This document shows, piece after piece, positions 1 to 13,350 of a stretch of 64,000 bases of DNA. The DNA comes from Eledone cirrhosa (Eukaryota): contig OZ024742.1 in NCBI GenBank assembly GCA_964016885.1, positions 70,804,001-70,868,000 of the forward strand, read 5' to 3'. The notes under the pieces are model-generated. The model made no database searches and was not told the origin of the DNA. It saw nothing but the letters and a program-made list of their open reading frames with translations. A program made the position numbers and the translations under genes. Numbering within the stretch: position 1 is the first letter of the stretch; each line of letters begins with the position of its first letter.

Positions 1-452
1 TCACATTGGTAAACATTTGAACTTATGCAATGTTGTTTGTGTTCACTGATGTCCTTACTGTTGTAAATGTGTTTGTATTGATGTCACAGTGGTATGGTTT
101 CTTATCTACATCTTCAGTTTTATGGGAAAACTCATTGTGTTTCTTCAAAAACCTGATTCTTATTGCGTCTTTCCTCCATAATGTCATTTCTTGTTTACAA
201 AACACAAATATAATTCCTTCTTTATATTCTTATTTTTTAAATCAATTTAGAAATGTATAAAGCAAAGTGACAGTTTGATTAACATACTAGACTACTGAGA
301 TTAAAACTTACTGCTGATAATACAGTCTATTTTCTCAGACAATAAAAAATTAAACATGTGAAAATATCTGTAGTTATGCCTCAACTATACATACATTTTT
401 AGAATATATTTGTAGACAAATACATTCTCTCAGATTTTAATTTTGTAATTAA

Positions 453-661
453 CCCTTAGCATTCACATTACTCTATATATACTATTATATTTTCACGGTA
501 AAGGCTTTATCTCGCATAATTATCTCACATAATATCGAATCTATGAGATTTTGAAAGTATTTATTTTGAGAACAATACCTTAACATCAGTTTGAGCGACC
601 GGCTACAGCTAGTTTCAACAGAAAGAGGTAGGGAATTCTGGCCGGTTTGAACATTAAAGGG
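453..661. mobile_element. piggyBac-type MITE, family A
   Basis: TTAA|ccctt...aaggg|TTAA ends; related copies in reverse orientation at about 17560-17735 and 43523-43727. Confidence 0.75.
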
Positions 662-1701
662 TTAAATCTAATCAACTGAAAGATGGCTATATTTGTTCCA
701 GTAGTCAAAATATATCTATCGATGGTTAAGTTTTCTATTAAATTTCTGAAGTTCCATCATTATTCAGAATAATCCAGGAAATATAATTCCAATCAACTTG
801 GAAAAGTTTCTGTTAAGTTAGATAACCTCTGTCACGTATTCTCCATAAAGTAATTTCTTCAGTTTTTACATTCTTTATAAATTTGTTGGTGTGTGTTGTG
901 TAAGAACTTGTCACATTAATGGTACTAGATATACTGAAATATAAAGAGACTGTAGAAAATATATTTAGATTATTAAATGTCAACAAACAGTGTATTAGAA
1001 AGAGGTTACTTGACAAGAGATATTGAAATATAAAACTAGGAAGAGAAAGGAAATATTTACAGAGAAAAGATGCATAGTATAGACATATTATAATGAAAAA
1101 GAAGATACACTGGTGAGTACTGCCACCCTATGCTATCAGTAGTCAACCCTACCCCCTACTCATCACCCTGTCAAATCCTACATTTGTCATATATCCATAA
1201 TATCATACTTATCTTCCTATTCCCCACACAATGTAGAACAGAGAGGGCTCTTTAATTGAGACAATGACCAACAACCTCTCTAGTGCTTGTGCCACAAATA
1301 TACACCCAGTAAGGCAATAGGAAGGGGACTCTGCTGTAGAAACCATGTGAAATACTCAAGTGGACTCTTTAATTGTGTCAACAGTACAACCTCATTAGTC
1401 TTAGTGATCTATATGATAAACATTTCCAGTATATGCTGTAAACTGGTTGATGATAGAAAGGGCATCCAGTCATAGAAGATCTGCCAAACAAAGGGTCAAG
1501 TGGACTCTTCAGCTATCTTGAAAACATAACAACCTTCCTAGTGCTGGTATTACAAAAAATGCACTCGATAGAGCATGAAATCATATGTAAGCGAGATGCA
1601 GGACCTCAGCCTATTTGAGAGATCAGTAGCACCCTTGAGTACTCAGTCTGTGAAGTCCAGACCAATCCTTGCTAGCATGGAAAAGGAAAGGACATTAAAT
1701 G

Positions 1702-1872
1702 ATAATTGTTTCTACTATTGGCACAAGGCCAGCAATTACCCAGTACATTACTGGTACTTTATTTTATTGACCCCGTAAGGATGAAAGGCAAAGTTAACCT
1801 CGGCGGGATTTGAACTCAGAATGGCAAGGGCCGTAACTCTATGCGTCAAAGCATGGTGTCCGACCCTAATGA
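1702..1872 (-). mobile_element. tRNA-derived SINE (family with gcctttcatccttacggggtcgataaaataaagtaccag core)
   Basis: Reverse complement of the copy at 9019-9205; box-B-like gagttcaaatcc. Confidence 0.8.
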
Positions 1873-3769
1873 TGAATAACGATATTTCACTCTGTAAATA
1901 CCAAATTATAAAGTCAAGTAACTGCTGGCTCCACATCAAACCTGAATTCAACAAAGGTTGTATTAAGGGACTGTATGCTAAGTTTAAAATGTCAAGTCCT
2001 TTGTTAAAAGCATATATATACATAGGCTATTAGGTATCTATCCTTCTCTAAGTTAAAATATTTCCCTATTAAATTGCTAGTCTCAGTATATAACAATCTA
2101 GGAGAGGAGTAATTGCAGTGGGAGTTTGTTGGAAAATTTATTTATATAAAGGGTATTGTTGCGAAATTATCCTTGGGTGAAATTTCTATGGTACAAAAAT
2201 ACAGAATATTGGCATATTTTTATATCACACACCATATCCGTCAATTCCAATGAAAGTAACTATGATGATACCTAAAGGTATGTAGGGCAAATTCTCTTGA
2301 CTCCTCACCCACATAACAACAGACTTTGGCTGTAGCAATGGTGGCCATTGTAACCAGCAGCTAAGCCATACTAGCAGGTTAGTAAATTTGCCATACACCA
2401 GGGATATATCTTTACTCTCTCTCATCTCTACATTCATATTCAATCTGTCTCTATGCTTACAAATTCCACTACATCTAAATATAAATACATTCCAAGAAAA
2501 ATCTTTTTCTGTGAACTCTATATTTTAATAAAATGTCAATGAAATGCTGTAGGGAAATTGCTTTTCCAACTTATCGATTACATCAACCACATGACTAACA
2601 TAATATATGAACTACAACTAACATTTCTTCTAACAGATCCATAGTAATGAAAATGTTGGGAACCACTGCTCTTAGATATTCCAAACATGAGCAACCTGTA
2701 GTTTTCTATATCTGAGACTAAATTGTCCATGTCTCCTTCATATTTTGTTTAGTAACAGGTCCATCCTTAAAAATTATGAGTAATATGAAGGGAACTTGGC
2801 TGCTATTTCTAGCAGGCAAAGCGATCACATAGAATTTTCATTCAAATGGAGGAAATAAAAATTTTAATTGGTATTCAAGCTGAATTAAAAACATTTTTTT
2901 AAATATATACAAATGAACTTGACAATTACATAAATTACTTGTCTCCCCAATGGTCTGTAGCGGTTGTCTCCCTTGTTTTGATTGGGATCTAGACGGGAAG
3001 TGGAACCCTTTCTGCAACTTCCGGTCAGAGCCCTATAAAACTAACAACTTTAAGCTTCCTCTCTCTCTTTGCCTTTTCGGCACCAGGTCAAGAGTCTTCT
3101 CATTTGGCTCTGCCATTAATTTGGCCAACAGGCGCCTGGCCTTAGCCAGGCGCCCTCTGCCAGCCGCGTTTGCCTGGCAATCAAAACGGTAACTACTAAC
3201 TTTGTTTCATTCTAACATCTATCTTTGACATGTCAAGTATTCTATCTACCGTTAATTAAATATTATATACGCAAACATTGTCTCGTTTTGTTACATTCAT
3301 ACAACCAGTATTCTCGCTATAGGTCTGACTCAAGTCAGACCATTTCTGCTCTTGTTCATTTAGTGTCTTAATAGTTGGACCATTGTCAGATTCAAGTTCT
3401 GGGAGCTCCATTTGAGGCACATCAACATCTTCCATTGGTAGTTTATCTTCCTGTCATTTCTCATCAATAAGATCAATTATACGACCTTCAATAGATATCT
3501 GACTGTCCATATGTAGTAAGACACTGAAAAATTAGGAAAATATATTAATTTATAGTTTTCTTCAACGAATTACGAAAAGATTGTACACTTTTATATCACC
3601 GAAGCTTTTTGCACTAATAATAGCAAACTGTGAAATCCTTATTGAAAGAATGAAAGCTAACAAATTTTAATGTTTTGCATATTTGTGGGGTTGGTGTGGG
3701 GCCTTTCCAGAAGTGTAGGGCTCAGTAACTCACTGGACTCCTTGCCAGAAGGTAAGTAATGTCACATAA

Positions 3770-4260
3770 GTAGATGGATGAACGGTGTGAGCTTGAGGAT
3801 ATGTCTTAGGTTTCTGACCATAGGTTATTTGGATCGAGTTAGAAGATCCTGTGTCTTGAGACGCATGACGCAACCAGAGTGTTCCAATGACCATGGTCAG
3901 TTGCATCGATCAATACATTGTTCCGAATTTTGTTGACGAGTTTCAGGTCGCTATCAATTGTCTGCTGCCAGTTCATTTTGGAATGTCCTCTTTACATCTT
4001 TCCATGGGAGTACCAATATAAGACTTGATTAGTATGTCAATCACTTTTAGGAGTCATGTGTTGTGTCCCAACCAGCTAAGTCAATGCTTGCATATGATGT
4101 TAGACATACGTTGTTGATGGACTTTTTTGTTGGTGATGAAATCATCCTACCTGGTGCCAAAAATTTTGCATAACCATTTGGTGTCAAAAGCATTTATTTG
4201 GGTCTTTTCAACTGAATTAATGGTGAGTATAACAGTGTACTCGTCATTGCAGTTGATTAA
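3770..4260 (-). pseudogene. Highly degenerate RTE-like LINE 3' ORF remnant
   Basis: Minus strand gives fragments resembling ...AFDTKWLCKIFGTR, ...WLGH and KGHSKMNWQQTI, typical of the RTE C-terminus, with many stops. Confidence 0.45.
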
Positions 4261-4696
4261 GTGCTAGGAAGGGTTGACGACGAGTTTGATTTTTCAACGG
4301 ATTGGCGATATCTATCATCTTCATTTGTGTTTATATCACTACTAAACATAGCTTGCTATCTCTATACTGAAAGCAATTTTTCATGCTAATATTCCATTAA
4401 AATTTAGTTAGTCGAATGTCATTGAGGTAAGTATGACTTTTGGCTGATCATATTTGGTACAGACAAATGAAAGGGAGGTAATTGCGGTTAAACCATTTTT
4501 CAAAATCAGACGAAAAATTGTGAAATTTCTTTTTAATTGGGCTTATGTATATAAAATATATTTAATTGTTAAATAGGAAAGATCAACAAAGGGAGAAATT
4601 GTTTATAGATACAATTTATACTCCAACATGTTTATTTAATTCAAAAGATGCCAGTTTTAAATATAAGATATATCTTCTTTTTTTTACCGCTTAGAC

Positions 4697-5045
4697 TTGG
4701 AGGGCAGGGCAGTATACATGATATTTTTCTGGGCCTCCGAGATTTGTTGGAGGACAGAGCAGTATTCATGATATTTTTCTGGGTCTCAAAGATTTGTTGG
4801 GGGACGGAGCAGTTTTTCTGACATTTTTCTAGACCCCCAAGACATGTGGGAAGACGGGGAAATGTTCATGACACTTTTATGAGCCTCCGAGATTTTTTTG
4901 AAGGACGGAGCATTATTCATGACACTTTTCTGGGCCTCCGAGACTTGTGGGAGGACGGAGCAGTATTCATGACACTTTTCTGGGCTTCCAAGACCTGTGA
5001 GGGAAAGGAGCAGTGTTCATGACACCTTTCAAGACATGTGGGAGT
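4697..5045. repeat. Diverged minisatellite, about 49-bp unit, about 7 copies
   Basis: Recurrent ggaggacggagcagtattcatgacacttttctgggcctccgaga. Confidence 0.85.
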
Positions 5046-5169
5046 ACAGTTCACTATTCATGCTCGCAACAGAATGAACTCTACTAGATTTGTCACCCAA
5101 AGACAAGTCTAGCACACAAAGCCTAAATAGTTAAAACAAATTCGTGAGGGAGCCAACGTTTGTTGGGGT

Positions 5170-5665
5170 CTGAGATGCCACTGTGGTAGGTCCTCGACTC
5201 CATAGGTTTACATGGTTTGTCCTGCCACCTAAATGCTGGTCATTTTGCCTGTCACACCGAGCAAAACCTGATCATCAAATGGACCCTGGCTCGGATAAAT
5301 AGCCCCACAGTTCTGGAACCAGTTTGGTTTATCCAGTAGTGATGGGAAGAGACCAGATAGTCTTACCCTTTGTCTCTGGGTGGGAGGTAGGTGTCTCATT
5401 TGGGACGTCACAGTCAGTGACTCTTTTACTCTTTCTCACATCATGGACGGTGAATGTGGGTGTCACTGCTTCTGCTGCCAAACAGAATAAAATTCGGAAA
5501 TACCAGAACATATCAAATAATTGTTTTTTCCAGTCTGTGGCTTTCGAGACGTTCGGTGGAGTTGGGCCGCTGACAGCGAAGTTCTTGTCATCACTGGCGG
5601 CTCACCTTACTGATTTCAACTCAGAATACAAGCACCACAAAGCATCTCTTCATACATTGCTCTAA
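5170..5665 (+). mobile_element. CRE-clade non-LTR retrotransposon 3' remnant (zinc knuckle and restriction-like endonuclease)
   Basis: CHCG...GLHGLSCH, then DGKRPDSLTL...LIWDVTVSDSF and, after a frameshift, KIRKY...FQSVAFETFGGVG. Confidence 0.75.
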
Positions 5666-6105
5666 CAATTCCACCAAACCCCATCCTCAAATGATATTTT
5701 ATCAACCTCAAAAGGATGAAAGACAAAATTTAATTCTTAATACTCTTCAATGATCTAGTAGAAAATGTCTAAAAACAGGGTCTCTGAATTCAAATGTTTA
5801 TGGTATATTTATTGATGGACAAATTTTTGTAGAAATTTGCAATAAACTAAAGCAAGGACTTTAATTATTAATGTGAGTCAGTCATATTGTGCTGCTTTAT
5901 ACTTTTCAAAAATGGACATTAAGATATATGCTGAATGAGAATAATGTGATTTTGTGTGGTATCGAACATTAAAAGTTAAACTGAACAATAATGTGGTTTC
6001 ATGTGGTACAGGACATTAAGAGTTATACTGAATGAGAATAGTGTAGTTTCATGTGATACAGAACATTAAGAGCTATACTTCATAAGCCATTTTCAACTGG
6101 CTTAA

Positions 6106-6320
6106 TCCTTTCATTACCATATTTCTAATGGAAGACACTGCTTATAATTTTGAAAACAATCAAGAATTTGGATGGATTTAGTAATATAACCAATTTCCTT
6201 GTTAGTTATCAAAGGAACTAATTTTATTATGCTGCTGTTTTGCACATAATTTAACAAAAGTTTTTAGATAAACAAACGACTTTCTATTGTAGAACCAGGG
6301 TTAGTTTTGTATCAAAAGGA
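6106..6320. mobile_element. piggyBac-type MITE, family B
   Basis: TTAA|tccttt...aaagga|TTAA; homologous to 57032-57241. Confidence 0.7.
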
Positions 6321-7693
6321 TTAAAAACACATATGATGTCTATTTTACTACCTCTTATCTCCTTGTAAATGTTTTAACTTTGCAAACATTATACATTTCA
6401 ATGAGAGCTCTTCAGTTGGAACAATGACCAACAATTTCTTTAGTGTTGGTGTCACGGTGTCACAAAAATGTCCCCAGTACACACTGTAAGGCAACAGGAA
6501 GGGTACCCTACTGTAGAAACAATACCTAAAAAGGATTGACAGAACCTAGTGTTGGTGATCTATATGATAAATGCACCTAGTACATACTGGTGATAGAAAA
6601 GGCATACAACTGTAGAAAGCTTGCTAAGCAATGGGTTAAGAGGACTCTTCAGTTGTGCTGATGAATGTGAGATGCAGACCCCCTGGCCTATCAGGGAGGT
6701 CAATAGACTTGGTCTATGTTGACCCATCCAACACTTGGTTGCAGGGAATGCAAATATTAAATGGTGATAAATGATCCTGCCAACCCATGTAAATACTTCT
6801 TGATTGATGTTCCAACATCTGCATATCACATATTTCATATAATTAAAAATTAGTCTACAAGATTTGTTTTCACATGGGTGTGAGTGGAAGTGGTATGAGT
6901 CCAACCAGTTCTGAGTAATAATGGGAATTAGATGTTCTAGAAGACGAATACAGCAAAATGTTGTCAACAAGACAGGAACTGGGGATTTTTTAAACACTAG
7001 AACCTTTCCAGTTAAGTTATCTGCATCTCTCAAATAATAAAACAAAAATGGCAAAATTCTAACCTAAAACCATTTAGGAAAAGCAGAGAGAATCAAGATA
7101 TAATTTGCACTGTATTTTTATTTTCTGTCACATAGATATGATACTGTATGGTACATTAGTCACTAGCAACATGACCTGTACACTGAAAGAAACATTGTCT
7201 GTACATTACAAGCAGCATTGCCAATACACTGCAAGCAGCATTGCCTGTATACTGCAAACAACATTACTAGTACACTGCAAGCAACACTGCCTGTATACTG
7301 CAAGCAACAAATCACTTGGCACTGATGTCTGATTACAATCTTATACTAATAGGTGACATCTCAAGCACTGTGACTGGCAGGGTACAAAAAGATTCTTATA
7401 CACACACACGTTATTAAGAATGGTATTCCAAAGAGGATCAGGAAAAAACAGAGTTAAATTAGGTACTCAATATATTAGTAGAGAATAAGCATATATGTGT
7501 GTATATATACGTGGTTTTGTCTTTGCGTGTAATTGTTTTTCACCGCTCCAAATAATGATGTATTATATTCGTTTTTCCCTGTTCTTTGCCAGGGAACATT
7601 TCCATGAACCAAAGTATCGTCTTCCTGTCTTCCTCCGGTTGCAATGTTTTTTGAAATATTCACTTCTGCGTTCACAGATTGACTTTGTTAGTT

Positions 7694-8001
7694 TCAGAAG
7701 ATCCCATTAAGGGTGAAAGCAGCGATTCTTTGCTTAAATTTTAATCTGTTATTTTAATTTATATATATATATATATATAGTAATAATAATAAATTTGAAG
7801 ACTAAAATCCAAAGAGGGCTCGATAAGGATAAATATATATCAAATATATAAGAACCGTAGAGCAAATATTTATTAAAATAACAGATTAAAGTTTAAGCAA
7901 AGAATCGCTGCTTTCACCCTTAACGGGATCTCAGAAGATCCCGTTAAGGGTGAAAGCAGCGATTCTTTGCTTAAACTTTAATCCGTTATTTTAATAAATA
8001 T
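7694..8001. repeat. Direct/inverted/direct triplication of a 64-bp unit, Penelope terminus-like
   Basis: gatccc(a/g)ttaagggtgaaagcagcgattctttgcttaaa at about 7699 (+), 7866-7930 (-) and 7937-8001 (+). Confidence 0.85.
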
Positions 8002-8114
8002 ATATATATGTGTGCGTGTGTGTTTGTATGTATGTATACACATACACACACATATACATTATATAATTTTTCTCTATAATAGATAAAACTGTCTTCATTT
8101 TTATGACACAGGTA

Positions 8115-8450
8115 TCATCATCATCATCATTTTACGTCCGCTTTTCCCTGCTTGCAAAGGTGGGACGGGTCTTATTCAGCACAGCATCTCTCCACTTGTC
8201 ATGGTCCTTCCTCATCTCCACCGTGAGCTTCAGCAATCTGAGGTCTGTTCTCAACACCTCCGCCCATGTTTTTCGAGGTCTACCTCTACCACGTCTTCCT
8301 TCAACTGGCATTTCCTAGCACTTCTTCACCCATCGGTCATCCCCATGCGCATCACATGTCCATACCACCGCAGTCTCCTCTCTCGCACACTACATTCTAT
8401 CCCTCTCAAACACAGTTTCTCTCTCAACACATCCATGCTGGATGTGCCAC
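8115..8450 (-). mobile_element. RTE LINE 3' fragment with (CAT)n tail
   Basis: LREKLCLRGIECSVRERRLRWYGHVMRM...RGRPRKTW on the minus strand. Confidence 0.8.
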
Positions 8451-8908
8451 TGGGATAAGTAAAACAAAAAATTTTTAAAAAGCAGCTGAAAAAATGTTTC
8501 ATAAAACTAGACATCATAGCCACTGTAGAAAGATTGAAATATAAATGGAACACCATTTAGATAGCAATGGAAACATGCCTTTGGTCCTCAGCAGTCAGTG
8601 TCACCAGTTTTAAGACCCAGTCCACTTCTGATATTGTTCAAGGTAATTCCCTAGAAACACTCATGTGTTCACATGTTCAATATAGATTTGTAAGTGATAA
8701 GGAAACTGAACTAAATGAAGCTCAAGATTTTTCTAGTATTTATTTCATTGATCTGGAAAGGAGGGAAATGAAAATCAACCCTGAAGGGATTTAAACTCAG
8801 ATTGTAGATGGAAGAAATAAATAATGCATGCAATCCAATGTACAACACTCTTCTATTAATAGAATAATGGAACTGGATTATTTCGTCGCTATCCACCTAA
8901 TAATCTAT

Positions 8909-9205
8909 ACACCGAGGTTAACTTTGCTTTTCATCCATACAGGGTCGATAAAATAAAGTACCAGTAATGTACTGAGATAATTGCTGGCATTGTGCCAAAA
9001 GTAGAAACAATTATATACGGTGGATTGGCAGTATCAGTAGAGGGTCGGACGCCATGCTTTGACGCATAGAGTTACGGCCCTTTCCATTCTGAGTTCAAAT
9101 CCCGCCGAGGTTAACTTTGCCTTTCATCCTTACAGGGTCGATAAAATAAAGTACCAGTAATGCACTGGGTAATTGCTGGCCTTGTGCCAAAAGTAGAAAC
9201 AATTA
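8909..9205 (+). mobile_element. Two tandem tRNA-derived SINEs (truncated 8909-9016, then full 9019-9205)
   Basis: Duplicated ccgaggttaactttgc...gtgccaaaagtagaaacaatta; second copy has box A/B-like head. Confidence 0.85.
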
Positions 9206-9730
9206 TATACAAGGAAAACAGTAAAGATAATAAAGGAGAGTAACATTAGTAAATTGACTTGCCAAGGAACAATGGAAGGCTTGTAATGATAAACAAACAC
9301 TTGGTCTCTTAACCAGTGATTTCTCCATGTTACCATTGCCTTTTTCAGAAAAGGATATATTTTAATTACATAGTTTTAGCTAAATCAACTCCCATTCTAG
9401 ACATTATTTAAACTTTTACTTGTGGCAACAAGTTTCAGGGAAAGATAGCAAAAATGATGCTCAATAAGATAACTATTAGGAACTATTACAAGCAGCTCAA
9501 AAAATGCAATCCACTGGAGTAACACTTTCTCTACTCTGTCCACTGGGGACATGAGACAGGTATTATCTAGGGCAGGGATCCCCAACCTGTGGCCCTAGGA
9601 CTGTATGCGGCTCTTAAGGATGTTCAGTGCAGCCCTCAGAACAAAATAAGAATCATGCTCGTATCCAGCAGATTGCATGTAGCCAGCAACTAAATGACAG
9701 GATTTTTGCTGTTTCAAATATTTATGCCAA

Positions 9731-11561
9731 TCTATATATATAAAACTGTGGTTGTCTGTCTGTCTATCGATTTTTGGCACACATCTCCTCTTAGAATCTC
9801 TCACGGAATTGCACCGAAATTGCTAGACTTGTACATTGAGCCCTAGCGAAGACATCGGAAAAAAAAAATTCAAATTGACCCACCCTATGTGACGAAATCG
9901 AATATAATGTATCGATTTTTGAGCGTAAGTTATCAGTTATTTCCCTTTGTTCTGTTTACATTGAGCGTCTTACGTAAAAAATTACGCTGGCTTTCTCAGC
10001 GTTTAAAATGACATTAACACAATACACGAACAGACAGTTGTCGAGCCAGCAAAATATTGACCTGCAAAATTCATCAGTTCGAACAATAAGCTTCCGTTTT
10101 GCTTCATTTCCATTTAAAAGCATTTTAAAACAATATTTTTACTTGAAAACAAGTCTATTTAAAGACTACGTAAAACAAGCAAATATTTCGTCGTTAGGCG
10201 TGCAGACAGACAGTCGTGCAGACAGACAGTCGTGCAGAGAGGTGATATACGCGTGCAGACAGACAGTCGTGCAGAGAGGTGATATAGGCGTGCAGACAGA
10301 CAGTCGTGCAGACAGACAGTCGTGCAGAGAGGTGATATAGGCGTGCAGACAGACAGTCGTGCAGAGAGGTGATATAAGCGTGCAGACAGACATAATAACT
10401 GATAATTTGGTTACGCCAATGTTTTTCTCTGCGTTGCAGTGTTTACATTTTCGATCTTTGTTAATAAATAACCAGTGCAGTTTTTATCCCCAGCATCCTC
10501 TTTTGTTATAACATTCGGGTTATCGTTATGTTTTCTTAACTTCATAAGGCATATTGTTGGTTGAGGGAATATTAATCAAAAACACCACATGCAAGTCTGC
10601 ACAGTAGACACTACAGTTTTTAAGCCAAAAAAGAAACTTAACATTGTAACTTTAACACAGCTACTGAGCGACCCCGAGCAACGCCGGGCTTTACAATCTA
10701 GTCTATATATATATATAAAACTGTGGTTGTCTGTCTATCGATTTTTGGCACACATCTCCTCTTAGAATCTCTCACGGAATTGCACCGAAATTGCTAGACT
10801 TGTACATTGAGCCCTAGCGAAGACATCGGAAAAAAAAAATTTCAAATTGCCCCACCCTATGTGACGAAATCGAATATAATGTATCGATTTTTGAGCGTAA
10901 GTGATCAGTTATTTCCCTTTGTTCTGTTTACATTGAGCGTCTACGTGCAAAAATTAAAAAAATTACGCTGGCTTTCTCAGCGTTTAAAATGACATTAACA
11001 CAATACACGATTTAAAGACTACGTAAAACAAGCCTTTTAAAACAATATTTTTACTTGAAAACAAGTCTATTTAAAAACTACTTAAAACAAGCAAATATTT
11101 CGTTAAAAAAAGCAAAAATTATATAAGTTTATATAAAATATATGTATCTGTAAATTTCGTTAGGCGTGCAGACAGATAGTCGTGCAGAGAGGTGATATAG
11201 GCAGGCGTGCAGACAGACAGTCGTGCAGAGAGGTGATATAGGCGTGCAGACAGACATAACTGATAATTTGGTTACGCTAATGTTTTTCTCTGCGTTGCAG
11301 TGTTTACATTTTCGATCTTTGTTAATAAATAACCAGTGCAGTTTCTATCCCCAGCATCCTCTTTTGTTATAACATTCGGGTTATCGTTATGTGTTCTTAA
11401 CTTCACAAGGCATATTGTTGGTTGAGGGAATATTAATCAAAAACACCACATGCAAGTCTGCACAGTAAACACTACAGTTTTTAAGCCAAGAAAGAAACTT
11501 AACATTGTAACTTTAACACAGCTACTGAGCGACCCCGAGCAACGCCGGGCTTTACTGCTAG
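9731..11561 (+). mobile_element. Head-to-tail dimer of a non-autonomous Helitron (9731-10701 and 10702-11561)
   Basis: Each unit starts TC and ends with hairpin cccg-agcaacgc-cggg plus CTAG; dimer sits between host A and T with no TSD; internal gtgcagacagacagtc repeats. Confidence 0.88.
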
Positions 11562-13350
11562 TTTTTATATAAATTCAAACTACTTTTCAACGTAGTAGTA
11601 GCAGTAGCAGCAGTAGTAGTAGTAGTAGTAGTAGTAATAGTAGTAGTAGTAGTAGTAGTAATAGTAGTAGTAGTAGTATAAAAGAAAACCTGTTTCTCTG
11701 TCTGTCCGTCACACTTCATATATATATATATGTGTGTGGGGAAAAAATTAAACACACAGGCAAGGCAACTTAAGAAAAGGACAAAAACGTGTGTGTGTAT
11801 CTGTTTTTCTATGTCCTTCAACACATTTTTTTAAAGTCTGTCTCGTTATCTATATGTCCTTCAACATATAGATAACGAGACAGACTTTAAAAAAACGTAT
11901 TTATCTAATGAGTTTTGATTTAAAATGCCGTCATAAAAACGTGAACTGTCTTTGATAGTATGGATAATTCTAATATGCAGCCCTCATCTACTGTCCACTG
12001 GTGACATGAGACAGCTATCCTCTGGGGGTAACACTTTTTCTACTCTGTCACTGGGGCTGAGACAGCATATCCCTGGAGTTTTGAGTTTGAAAGATATCTC
12101 AAAAGAAAAATGTTGAGAGAAAATACTTTCTCTCTGTAAAATAAACCCTGAAAGAACATAAATGCTGCCAAGATTGTTCACCTGAAGTATCAGTCAATAT
12201 ACCAGACACCAATGGACATCTGTAGTGAATCTAAACAGAGAAATTTCAACTATTTTTAAAATATCAAAAAGTTTTATGCTTCTTTGCATATAAAATAATT
12301 AGTATTTTTTATAATTATTAAACATTTTTTAGCACTTTTATAGAAGTCTAACATTAAACTGCTATTTTCATTTGTCAACACTGATAGGTTACAGGTGAGG
12401 TGATCCTTGAGTTTAGCATTCCACTTTCCCTATTACTAATCAACAAATTTAGGTTTATATTTCGCATAATTATGTATACAAATAAACACAATTTGTAAAG
12501 ATAGAGAGAAATGGTGGGAGAAGACCAGCACACACAATCATAAGCTACAAGGAACGCTGGAGTTTCCAGCTAATAATTTTAGAGGCAAGCTAACACACTC
12601 GCAGCATTGCTGCACAGACTGAAAAAATAGTTTGCCGATAATTATTGGTATTTTAGAAATTTATTCCATTTGGGGTAGAAAGGAGCAAAAGTGTTGCCGG
12701 CTGTGACATCCTAAATGAGACATCAACCTCTTACCCAAGGGCAAAGGGTAAGACTTGCCTTTTTCAATCAACCATGGACAATCTGGCTGGCTCTAGAAGT
12801 GAAGGGGATATAATTGAGCCAGGGCCCGCTTGATAATTTGGATCAGCTTGGTATGACGAGCGAAGCGACTTGAATTCAGACAGCATGTCAGTCAAAGAAA
12901 ACCTGTAGAGTCAAGAGGCTTGCCACAATGACAATTAAATCCCTGTATTGAATGCAATCAGACTGATTTGGACTTTTGTTCCCAGCTTGGCAAGGTTAAT
13001 CATTGCGATCACACATGCTGATCTTTTCGCCTCATAGATATTTTGTTCTTTTGTTTGTGACTAGTGTCTGGGGTAACGGCTTTCTAAAGGCCATCTGCAG
13101 ATTGCCAGGAGATAATGCTAACCTCATAAAATAGCCTGTCCTTGGCTGTCTAAGGCAGTAGTCCAGTTCAGTTTGTTCAAGCGATCAGAACAATATAGTT
13201 ATCAACAGATACTCACTTCAGCCCTCCCAGCCAGGGGGCTGAAACAGCCATACTCCAGTTCAATTTTAACAAATATCAGTTCTCTGCATTTTTTCAGACT
13301 ATTCATTCACACAAACATCACATTTGTTTCATAACATCACACAATTCAAC

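Noticed and set aside
10008-10393. Repetitive ORFs in the Helitron, and the Cys/Val-rich ORF 20577-21032
   Set aside because: They arise from internal minisatellites; no Rep/helicase or other domain motifs.
12500-13300. Coding-like, GC-richer segment
   Set aside because: No ORF of 60 aa or more and no recognisable motif; probably an old TE relic that I cannot classify.
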